NCBI GenBank assembly: GCA_964016885.1
Contig: OZ024757.1
Location: 28,024,001-28,088,000 of the forward strand
Direction: 5' to 3'
Origin: Eledone cirrhosa
Lineage: Eukaryota
DNA: 64,000 nucleotides
Part shown: positions 53,451 to 64,000 of the stretch, one piece after another
Layout of the letters: every line of letters begins with the position of its first letter
Position numbering within the stretch: position 1 is the stretch's first letter
The notes under the pieces: generated by a model
The model's database searches: none
What the model was told of the DNA's origin: nothing
The model's input: only the letters and a program-made list of their open reading frames with translations
Translations under genes and position numbers: made by a program

Positions 53451-54086
53451 ATGTGAATTAATGAGGAAATATTAAATATCTAAAGGATGGAATAAAAGCC
53501 CAGAGTATGTTGTGCTTTTAATTAAATGTCTGAGGGAAAAGCTGTTCTTCATTTGTAAAAATATACATTGATATATACATTAGCATATGTGTGTGTACAT
53601 ACATGCATACACTAAGTTTATGCATATATGTGTATATATATATATATATATGTAATATGTATATATATGTATGTATATGAATATGTATGTCTATGTATAT
53701 ATATATGTGTGTATATATATATGTATATATTTGTATATATGGATATATATATGTGTGTGTATGTCTATACATATCCCTCTTGTCATTTATTTATCTATAT
53801 ATGTGTGTGTTTGCATATATTAATTCATAAACAAGAAGGGAAAGTACTTAATAGAAAGGAAGAGTTTAAATGTTTATTTGAAACTCAAAATAGAAACAAA
53901 AAGCTCCAACTACAAATATATAAACACACCTACACATCAAACATACAGATAAACACTAAGCTCAGCATGTTTGTAAAACTGATATATTTTACAGTTTCCT
54001 TCAATTTCCATGTCACATCAGGACAATCATCAGATTAACTGTGCTTTAGATCTGAATATTTAACCATTTTGCTATTTTATTTCTAA

Positions 54087-54338
54087 CTAGCAAAAGAGCC
54101 CATCATTGCCGGGCACATCTTTCGCCACTGTAAATAACGTCCCCTCTCTCCTCAACATGGCTGTCTTTAAATAGCCCCAGAACTCTGCTATTTTAGGGGA
54201 GAGAAAGATTTAAACTATATGTTGTCATGCTCTAGGAGCTAAATAACATATGTATCAAATTTGATCAAAATCGGATGGAAACTGTGGAAAGGCATCGCCT
54301 GCATAAAGACAAACAGACATTTTCGTTTATATATATAT
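54087..54338 (-). mobile_element. Non-autonomous Helitron (inverted copy)
   Basis: 3' CTAG preceded by hairpin GCCCGGCAATGATGGGC on the minus strand. Confidence 0.75.
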
Positions 54339-54641
54339 AAATGAAAGACTGCCTTTGATTTTCAATTCATTTTTTAAATAATCAAAAATTTGGAGGGAAT
54401 TATGAAGTTGATCTTTGGAACAATGTTTCTTACTCAGGCATAGTGGAAGGTTTTAAGATAATTATAAACACTTCTTTAATCCTTTTCTTAGCATATTTCT
54501 AATGAAAGACACTGCCTATGATTTTCAATTGGTTTTTAAAATTATCAAGAATTCGGAGGGATTTAGTAATATAACTAATTTTCTTGTTATATTAATCTGA
54601 TTTTTGGAACTTAAACAAAAATTCTTACATAAAATTATAAT

Positions 54642-54828
54642 TGTTTCTACATTTGGCACAAGGCCAGCAATTACCCAGTACATTACTGGTACTTTATTTT
54701 ATCGACCCCGTAAGGATGAAAGGCAAAGTTAACCTCGGCGGGATTTGAACTCAGAATAGCAAGGGCCGTAACGTTATGCGTCAAAGCATGGCGTCCGACT
54801 CTCTACCGATACTGCCAATCCACCACCC
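54642..54828 (-). mobile_element. Young CORE SINE with 21-bp TSD-like repeat
   Basis: ATTCTTACATAAAATTATAAT at 54621-54641, repeated twice downstream (~54846, ~54878). Confidence 0.85.
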
Positions 54829-56284
54829 TCTTTATATATATATATATTCTTACATAAAATTATAATGGATAATATATATTCTTACATAAAATTATAATGG
54901 AAAATATTTAGGTAAATACCACTTTAATATAGTATTAGGTTGGCAGTAGTAGTTTCAGGTAGTTTATATCAAAAGGAATAATGAATATTTTTTGGTCATA
55001 TGATGTTTGAGTCTGGGAACTAATTGATGTTCTTGCATATTTTGAAATCTGTATCTCCTGTGGCCATTAAATTTTGGTCGATTTTAACCATTTCATTACT
55101 ATAGTTCTAATGAGATACATGATGTGTTTCTAATAATTTTGAAAATAAGTAACAATTTGGAAGAATCTAATAAAATGACTAAGTTCTCTATTGTTAAGCA
55201 GATATTTGGTTTGTAGATACAATTGCGATAAAATGTTTTAGTTTATATATAGATAATTTAAAAGCAAAGACTTTGTTTCATAGGGTTAAGTACTTGTCAT
55301 GAATTAACTTTATGTGGCTATGGGGTGTTACAGTTCATTATTATTATTATTTTTAGATAATAATTGTTTCTGTGTTTGCATTTAGAAACCAGATCTTGTC
55401 TTCTAATTGTAAGTTGATGTTGTATACAAGTATATACTGTGTTTGTATGTATATATATATATATATATGTGTGTATGTATATATGTATATGTATGTATTT
55501 GTATATATATACATATATATATATATATGTATGTGTGTTTGTATACATGTATATGTATGTATCTGTATATATATATATACACATATATATATATATTATC
55601 ATCATCATCACTGTTTTACGCCCGTTCTTCCACGCTAGTATGGGTTAGACGGGTTGTCCTGTTGTGGGCAGTGTCTGGTCGGCTGACCTTGTCTTACTCA
55701 TACGGGAACTGATTCTGGCTCGATTTATACAACTGGATGCCCTTCTTAACACTAACCTCATTTACAGTGAGTGCTGGGTGCTTTTTTGCCGTGGCACCTC
55801 CGCGGCCACTTTGCAGTGGAATGATAGCGACCCCAGTCCTATCATCTCATTTCTACAGCTGAGTAAACTGGAGCAATGTGAAATATAAAGTGTCTTGCTC
55901 AAGGAAACAACACATCACCCGGTCTGAGAATTGAACTCACAACCTTTCGATTGCAAGCCCAACTCTGATGAATAGACTGGTTAAACAAAGTATTGGTGAT
56001 CGAATGACGCAAAATCAGGTGGGTAGCGATCTCTAGACCTACCAGTTCAGAGAAACAATTGTCAGCAATGTGAATAAAGCCCTTATTGTATAGCAAACCA
56101 TGTCACTCTTCTTTCTTGATTTATATATATATGTATATATATATATATATATATAGTAATAATAATAAATTTGAAGATTAAAATCCAAAGAGGGCTCGAT
56201 AAGGATAAATATATATTGAATATATAAGAACCGTAGAGCAAATATTTAATCTGTTATTTTAATATATATATATGTGTGTGTATT

Positions 56285-56323
<39 letters not shown>

Positions 56324-56660
56324 ATGTGTGTGTGTATTTGTATATATATATATATATACACACACATTTACAAAGTACCACAGTATCCTAATTTTTGAAT
56401 GGAAGCATTGTTGGTTCAGTAGATAAGTGTTGCGCAATGTTTTTTTTATATCATATTGTCATAGAAAAATATGTAACTTATGCATGATTATATATGGTAT
56501 ATCTTAAATCTTAATGTTCTGTATCACATAAAACAACACTAGCAAGACAATCTTGAAAATTACAAGGCAGCTCTATGAGTGTATCATATTATAAATTAAA
56601 TTCTTTACTTTAATACTGCGATTTTTCACAATGAGTTGTCTGCCAATAAAGATACTATAA

Positions 56661-57331
56661 CCTTTAGCATTCACATTACACTATCAGGGCCGGATTTAGA
56701 TTTGATGAGGCCCTGAGCTATTTGAGATAATGGGGCCCTTTATATGTTATAAAAAATGTTATAAAAACTGCAAAACGTTCAATATTAAAGCAGAAAACTG
56801 TTTAAAACTATTGCATTATTTTAGTTCTTTTTTATCTTATATTTTGGAAATGTACACACCGTTTTTTTTCAATTTTTTGGGGCCCCAAGAAAGTGGGGGC
56901 CCTAAGCTATAGCTTGTTTAGCTTTTACGTAAATCTGACTCAGTACACTATATATAGTATAAAGGCTTGACCAAACGTAATATCGAATCTATGAGATTTT
57001 TTATATAATTTATTTTGAGAACAATACCTTAACATCATTATGTGCAGCTAGTTACAGCCAGTTTGAACAGAAAGAGGTGAGAGAATTTTAGCTGGATAAG
57101 GCCAGTTTAACCCTTTAGCATTTAAACTGACTGTAACTGGCCAGAATTCTCTCACCTCTTTCTGTTCAAACAGGCAGTAACTGGACTCTCATACTGATGT
57201 TGAGGTATTGTTCTCAAAATAAATAACATAAACATCTCATAGATTTGATAATATGTGAGATAATTATGTAATATAAAGCCTTTATCACAAAAATATAATA
57301 GTATATATAGAGTAATGTAAATTCTAAAGGG
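56661..57331. mobile_element. Inverted dimer of piggyBac MITEs with a nested hAT MITE (56685-56943)
   Basis: hAT MITE has perfect 8-bp TSD TACACTAT; second piggyBac MITE 57111-57331 starts at the TTAA in the first copy's right end. Confidence 0.8.
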
Positions 57332-57493
57332 TTAAACATTTGAAATAACTATGCTGCTCTTAGATATTTTCTGCTAAATTATTACAAAATGTTGATAGTT
57401 AATGTCAAAGAGAAAAACGAATACATAAAGAAAACAAGGAAAAGAAATATTTGATGACGAGAATCATAAAGGTTTATCTTTATTCTGAGACAG

Positions 57494-57676
57494 ATTGGAC
57501 ATAAAGTTTTATTGGTTCATATTTACGTGGATCTTCCTCTTCACATTTCTCATTATTTCAGTTCTGATATTTACAATAATTAGACCAGAATTTTTCCACC
57601 CACCTTGGAATACTGTGTCTTACGAATATCAAGTTGTGACCAGGAATGAGAAAGTTCTGAACTGGAAAGCAAAGAT
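57494..57676 (+). CDS. Putative exon of an unidentified membrane protein (LDIKFYWFIFTWIFLFTFLIISVLIFTIIRPEFFHPPWNT...)
   Basis: cag acceptor, open frame with a ~23-aa hydrophobic segment, weak gtgact donor in phase 2 matching the next exon. Confidence 0.35.
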
Positions 57677-57760
57677 GTGACTATGCAAGGAGTTTATAAT
57701 TGGATTTATGGGATACATGTGTGCGTTTTTTTGTTTCTTCTTTTGTTTTTTCCTCCCCAG

Positions 57761-57988
57761 GCAAAATAATGTAGGATGTGTTTTCTTTTCTGCAGAAGTG
57801 TGTGACTATACTGAGGATAGTTTCAATGAAACAGAGTTTACAATGTTTGAACATATCCAAAACAGAATCCAAATTACTCTACCAAACTTGCCTGAGCTCC
57901 TTTACTGTCTTTCTTCATGGCCAATTTCTTCCAAAGAAATTTCAAATCTTAAGTCAATTGGAGTTGAAGCTATTCTGCTAAGTTCAAC
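57761..57988 (+). CDS. Putative following exon (QNNVGCVFFSAEVCDYTEDSFNETEFTMFEHIQNRIQITLPNLPELLYCLSSWPISSKEISNLKSIGVEAILLSS)
   Basis: Strong polypyrimidine tract with cag at 57758-57760, gtatgt donor at 57989, non-repetitive open frame. Confidence 0.4.
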
Positions 57989-60216
57989 GTATGTTATAAC
58001 ATTGAATTCTATTAGGACAACAGCAACAACAGCATTAACAATAAATACGCAGGGATTTTATAATTAAATGTGGAGGAATTTTGCTTCTGCAAGACTAAGT
58101 TAGGGATAAGCAAGGGTTTCATAATTAGATTTATATGCTTTCTTTTATTATCTTTTTGGGGTGGGGTGCACGAAAAAAAGGTCAGGTATCAGGGGTGTTG
58201 CCTTTCTTCCTCAGACTAAAGATAGAAAATAAAATAGATAGAAAATACAAAACGCTTGCAGTGGATTTGACTTAATAAGCCATTAACATGTAGTTTAATA
58301 CCTCATACATTTAGCCATTATCATCAATATCATGATCATCGCCATAACAAACTATGGGTATATAGTTAAATACATTATACACTTAACCATCACCGTTGTC
58401 CTCATGTCACACCTAGTGGCATAACTAGAGCTTGTGCCCCAGTTTGTTGTGCCATCCACTTCTACGAAAAACTCAGTACATTACATATTAAAATGCCAAG
58501 CAAATCAGATTGCCCTCTTGCTTATCCTTAGCTATGGTGCTGCTCACACCACTTGTAATCGGTACCAACTGAGCTAGGACAATAAAACAGTACTGTAAGG
58601 TGGTAGTGCTGATGCCACGACACAAAGATCCCAAACCACTCTGTAAGATGGTAGAGTTGGTGCCATGATAAAAAGCAACCAAGCCCACTGTGTAAAGTGG
58701 TAGTGCCAGTGCCACAATAAAAAGCACCCAGTCCACTCTGTAAGGTGGTAGTGCTGGCTCCAAGACAAAAAGCATCCACACCAACCTGTAAGGTGGTAGT
58801 GGTGGTACCACAATAAAATGCTCCAAGTACACACTGTAAGTTAGTTGGTTTTAGGAAGGGCATCCAGCTGTAGAAAACCAAAGCAAAAATGGAATATACA
58901 AGCAAGACATGGTCACCTTACTTAATAGACATTAAATGTTGATTATTATTATTATTATCACAGGCCGAAACAGCTTCTGTTTTACATCAAAGAAGCAAAT
59001 GTTTGTGTCATTGGGCTTTAAAAATTTTTTTTTATTTTTCATGTGTGTATAATGTTTTGTAGGTGTTCTTTTTTTTTATTAGTTACAGTCATTAGATTGT
59101 GGCCATGCTGGTGCAGTGTCTTTTAAAATTTCTAGTCTATTATATCAACCTAAGTATTTAGTCTGGTATTATTTTTACAATATTTGATCAAATGGTGAAG
59201 TTAATCTTTGTTTGGTGCACCAGCTTTGTATCATTTTACACATACACACAAGTGTTTGCGTATATATCCAACTTCCGCTCTCTCCTAAATTTACATTTTC
59301 CTGATGAAATGGTCTGTTTCCCTTTCTATGAAGTGGGAATCTAATAAGACTGTGTAATTGTTCCTCGCATTTGTTGTCTTTTTTTACCTTGATTTCTCTC
59401 TCTCTCTCTCCCTATATATATAAGTAAGTATTGTACCAAGAAAAATATAGACATCGGCAAGAAAGGAGAGTTAGAATTTATTGGCTTTAGTTTTTTTTTT
59501 ATTGTGTATCAACCTATTATGCGCGTTTTGCAGAGAATTGGCTCAGGGTAACCCATAGAAGTTATGGACCCAACTCCATTATCAATCTGCTCTTCGGACT
59601 GGCGATCCAACAAAATGCCTGTAGATCGATTGCTCATTTTGGTAACTCCACTAGTGATTCACTGAATCACATACACTATATATATATACAATAAATATTC
59701 TGAGTTCAAATCCTGCCAAGGTGAACCTTGTTTCATCAATGCGAGTGTCAATTTAATTGACTTTCCTCTAGCCCCAATTTGCTAGCTTTGTACCTAAATT
59801 AAAGCCCATTATTTTTAGAATCAGTTGAGCATCGAATATAATGTGTATAATTGTGTTTTGTCTCTTTATGCTCTGAATTCAAATATCACTAGATGTGCTG
59901 CTTGTCATCCTTCTAGCGTTGATGAAATAAGTACCAGTTATATACTGTCTCGATTTAATAGCAATTTAATCACATGCAAGACTGCACCTACATACCCACC
60001 CCTAAATGAACAAATGTTACACAATCTTTATTTCTTTCTTTAATTTTTGTGGAATTTGGTTGGTTTTTTTTTGGTTTTTTTGTTGGTCTGTTCATCTTTT
60101 CATGTGTGTGTGCGCTATGATATAAAAGATGTAGCATTATTATTATTATTGTGGCCAATAAAGAAATAATTACTATTGTTATTATTAGTATGTTTTTGAG
60201 GATTTTTTTTTTTGTT

Positions 60217-60345
60217 TCAAAAATATATTTCGGATCTGGGTGGTGCTAGACGAAGGTTAAAATTTTCATTTTTAAGTATGCTACTTGTCCGTCTCATTGT
60301 TGTTTGAGAAGTGGAGGTTTTTGAAAGTTCTGTCAATATGGCCAG
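60217..60345 (-). CDS. VPS8: VPS8 terminal coding exon: LAILTELSKTSTSQTTMRRTSSILKNENFNLRLAPPRSEIYF*
   Basis: Polypyrimidine tract with cag, phase 0; resembles the vertebrate VPS8 end as recalled (LALLTELSQ...SIFQNENFQLQLIPPP). Confidence 0.88.
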   Translation of the reverse strand: MAILTELSKTSTSQTTMRRTSSILKNENFNLRLAPPRSEIYF

Positions 60346-60536
60346 CTGGAGCACATGAAAGAAGAAAAAGAAAAAGGAAAAAATCAGATGAGAAATCAAA
60401 TTAAAAGGAATTCACCCTTAACAATAGTTCTTACATAAAATTATGATGAAATGTTTTTAGATAAATACAATAAAACACTTTAACCGTTTCATTACTATAT
60501 CTCTAATGAAAGAAACTGCTTTTGATTTTCGATTAA

Positions 60537-60708
60537 CCCTTTAACATTTACATTACTCTATATTTACTATTGTATTTTCACAGCAAACACTTTACTTCAC
60601 ATAATATCGAATATTGATATTATTTATTTTGAGAACAATATGAGCTGCTTTGAACAGAATGTGGTGAGACAATTCTGGCTGGATATGGCCGGTTTAAATG
60701 CTAAAAAG
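60537..60708. mobile_element. Internally deleted piggyBac MITE in the last VPS8 intron
   Basis: TTAA-CCCTTTAACATTTA ... TAAATGCTAAAAAG-TTAA. Confidence 0.7.
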
Positions 60709-61193
60709 TTAAGTTTTAAAATAATCAAGAATTGGTGTTTGGGAGCATAACTTAACATGCCACCCAGTCTAGGAATCAAACACACAACCTCCCAGCTGCA
60801 GTATGAATTACTCAAATAGGGACAAATGAGCTGCAGGTTTCTCTTAGACTATAGTGTACTAGGTTATTCAGGAATTATATCTAGTTTTCTTGGTGCTTGC
60901 CATATTGGATTCTATACCTCACTTTTAATATGCTTGTCATACTGCCTGACCTATAATATTACCCCTATCTGCAGAAGATTGAGCTAGTTGTACAGCTCCA
61001 CAGAAAATATCAGTTGTGGGGTACCAAGAACTCCACTAAATCCATCACCAGAGTCAATTTCATATTTGTTAGCCCTAGTTAACTCCATCCTTGCACCAAT
61101 AAGCTAGAATTTAATGCCATCTTCCCCTCTCATAGTTATATCAGTTCCATAACTGCCAATGTAAACAACACATGAGAGATTACAACTACTTAC

Positions 61194-61262
61194 CCTGGAA
61201 GGGGTTTTCATAGATTTCCGTAAATTTTCAAATGCTTCAGCATGCTGAGGGTCAATGTATTC
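61194..61262 (-). CDS. VPS8: VPS8 exon: EYIDPQHAEAFENLRKSMKTPSR
   Basis: ccttccag acceptor, gtaagt donor, 69 nt, phase 0-0; resembles recalled LDPQQIQAFDQL...SSR. Confidence 0.9.
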
Positions 61263-61745
61263 CTGGAAGGTAAAAAACAAATAATAATCGTAATGGTTTC
61301 TTATATAGGCACAAGGCCAACAATTTTGGGGGAAAGGGAAAGTCGATTAAATCGACCCCAGTGCATTACTGGTACTTTATTTTATCAACCCCATAAGGAT
61401 GAAAAGCAAAGCTAACCTCGGCAGGATTTGAACTCTATGCTGTGAAGCATAATGTCCGATGCTCTACCGATACTGCCAATTCACCACCATAATAATGATT
61501 TCTAGTATAGGCACAAGGCCAGCCATTTTGGGGCTTTGATACTTTACACAATAAACCTTTAAAAAAACACACGCGTTTAAACATACACATACACTCATAC
61601 ATAATATCGACACTAATACACACACACTCTTCACTTTGTGTTCCAATATTGTTACTAAGACTACCTTACAGTTTTCTTGAAATATATATATATATACATG
61701 TGTGTGTGTATAGAAAAGAATAAATATTCAGGATTGCTTATTTAC

Positions 61746-61953
61746 CTCTTTGGATTTTATCGCTTGCCCATCATCCCTAGATTGAGCACCAGCAACACAG
61801 CTGAAGGTTGACGCTTTGTGGAACCGTGTGCTTTGAGTTCGGCCCTTCTTCTTAGAGTTGCTGCATAAGTAACAGCTCCAGAATTCTTCACCATCGATTA
61901 CATGCAAGGAACCTATTCCACGTAAACAGCTAGTGTGGTAACTATGACCACAC
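61746..61953 (-). CDS. VPS8: VPS8 exon, second half of RING-H2: CGHSYHTSCLRGIGSLHVIDGEEFWSCYLCSNSKKKGR...
   Basis: aag acceptor, gtaaat donor, 208 nt, phase 2-0; C-x-H-x2-H-x2-C...C-x2-C. Confidence 0.9.
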
Positions 61954-63057
61954 CTTTAACGATGAAAAGCAAAAAAGACTTCAGTTAGGTTATGGGACAT
62001 AATATATATATATATATACATATTTATATGAAAAATTCAGGATCCCAAAATTTTCATATTACCCACTCTACTACCCCAAGTATCATGTACTCTGGTGAAT
62101 AATGGTCTAACTGGTTTTTACTGCCTCCATTCTGATATATATATATATATACTCTAAACTTAAAATGTTCATGATGATCTGTCCACAAGTAAAGGTACTG
62201 CAAACGTTTGAATTCACAAATCCATTTTTAGATACTTTCTGCCAAATCATTACAGAATGTTAAGAGTTAATACATGCATATACATAGTAAATACATTCAT
62301 ATTTAATGGTAGAGAAATACATGAAAGATATGGTGCAGTGCTTAACAGAGAAGAGAAAAACCATTTGTGTAAACAGTTAACAACTCTATGGAATTCTATC
62401 TCCACCCCCACCACCATTTCCTTAGTTTAGCAACTATGCTGGTACTATACCCAACAACGCCCAGTACTAATTTGCCTCTACTGTTCATAATGTGCATTCT
62501 TGATATCAACATTGTTTTTACATCCATGCTGTCATGGGTTGGACAGGATGTTTTCAGACAGTGTTTTACAGCGGATATCCTTTCTGTTGCCCCTTACAAC
62601 ACAACATGCAAGGATATGGTGTACCTATTCTAACAACTGGATATGCATAGTAAGTGATATACATTACATGAATGTGTGTGACCTAGTGGTTGAGCCCATG
62701 ATAGTAAGATTGTGGGTGGCACACTATGTCGTTGAGAGGACAATTCATTTCAAATTGTTGATACAATCCACCATGCTGGAAAAAATGAGTACCAGCAACC
62801 CCGCCCACTTCCAGGGATGACGCTTGTTCTTTCAGTTACTTAATGCTACATGAAACCAGAATAAGCACTGACCTGATGAGCCTCTTGTCTTGGAACTGAC
62901 TTAACTTTTAAAAATTTAAATATACAATATATATGACAGACTTCCACACGGTTACAGTTTCCTTCTACCAAATTTTACTCACAAGGAATTGGTCAAACCA
63001 AGGTTATTCTTGAATAGACTAACCCAAAGTACTACACACTGGGAGTGAACATGGAAT

Positions 63058-63754
63058 TCATCATCATCATCATCATCATCATCGTTTAACGTCCGTGTTC
63101 CATGCTTGCATGGGTTTGGACGGGAGTTTTCCCACTCGAGGCAAGAGTGGTTGTCTTGCTCGCATAGGACTGTCTGGCAGGTTTTCTACAGTTGGATGCC
63201 CTTCCTAACACCAACCACATTTACAGTGTGGGGCTGGGAGGTTTTTACCGTGTTGCCTACACGGCCACATTACAGCGTGGACTGTCTGGCAGGTTTTCTA
63301 CAGCTGGATGCCCTTCCTAACACCAACCACATTTACAGTGTGGGACTGGGACGTTTTTACCGTGTTGCCTACACGGTCACATTACAGCGTGGACTGTGTG
63401 TTTTTTTTTTGTGACACCTACACGATCTCATTTGTTTCAGCCTGGATTTTGTGGCACCAACATAACTTTACATTGAAAGGGGCGGTGTGGATGGGGTGGG
63501 GTGGTGGGACGGGGGTGTATTTTGTTAGAGATGCCTACTGACTGTAGTAGGTTTTACTTTGTATTTAGGTAACGCGGGTCTTCTCTGTTACTGAGTACCG
63601 CCAAAGGTCTCGGTCCAGTGACATTGTCTTGGAGAGGTGTAAGTGTGTGAGGTTGGAATTTATCAGCTCGTCCCAGGTTTTTCTGGGTCTGCCTACTCCG
63701 TGGCTACCATCTATCTTTATTGCCCTGCACTTTGTTATACAGCTGTCGTCTTTC
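63058..63754 (-). mobile_element. 5'-truncated RTE LINE in a VPS8 intron, same family as 16018-17750
   Basis: Near-identical C-terminus (SCITKCRAIKIDGSHG.GRPRKT...RYSVTEKTR) and 3' UTR with an internal ~115-bp duplication; (ATG)n tail. Confidence 0.9.
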
Positions 63755-63908
63755 AATTGGTTTTTAGAATAGATACCCATATATCTTCATGTAGTATAAG
63801 GTAGTAAACTATGTTGCTACCAAGAAAGGCATCCTGCTATAAAATATTAAGTGGTAGAGTCCCATAAAGCCAGCATGTACTGTTGCTCAATCTATTTGTC
63901 AGACTTAC

Positions 63909-64000
63909 CTGAATATAAGGAGAAGGTCAGCATCTGCAGCTTGAGACAGCATCTTGTTGCACAGGCTGCAGCATTCAGCACAGGGCATGAAACCCTTAAC
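63909..64000 (-). CDS. VPS8: VPS8 exon (5' part outside window), first half of RING-H2: VKGFMPCAECCSLCNKMLSQAADADLLLIF(R)
   Basis: gtaagt donor at 63903-63908; phase 2 joins the next exon to give IFRCGH; resembles recalled VPS8 CSICLQ...IIVFSCGH. Confidence 0.88.

Noticed and set aside
57904-58010. Minus-strand frame EFNVITYVELSRIASTPIDLRFEISLEEIGHEERQ* as an extra VPS8 exon
   Set aside because: VPS8 already ends at 60217 with a conserved C-terminus; splice signals favour the plus strand
62873-62900. CTGATGAG motif
   Set aside because: Part of a SINE 3' region; no GAAA or stem III

Overview
AT-rich, microsatellite- and transposon-dense eukaryotic DNA with one 200-N assembly gap. The repeats (tRNA/CORE SINEs with (ATT)n tails, RTE LINEs with (ATG)n tails) suggest an octopod cephalopod; this is inference only. 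Almost all entries in the ORF track are artefacts of simple repeats. Manual splicing recovers two minus-strand genes. One is three symmetric phase-1 Sushi/CCP exons (2867-5926). The other is the last four coding exons of VPS8, with its RING-H2 C-terminus (60217-64000, cut by the window edge). A possible two-exon plus-strand membrane-protein fragment lies at 57494-57988. Mobile DNA includes RTE and R4/Dong-like LINE pieces, young SINEs with TSDs, piggyBac, hAT and Tc1-mariner MITEs, and non-autonomous Helitrons. The most interesting signal is a set of short islands between (TA)n tracts that carry hammerhead-ribozyme motifs (one near-intact type I hammerhead at 50495-50574) or long foldback hairpins, suggesting Penelope-like or retrozyme-type elements. 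A 2.2-kb tandem duplication differs between copies by one SINE insertion with a 17-bp TSD.
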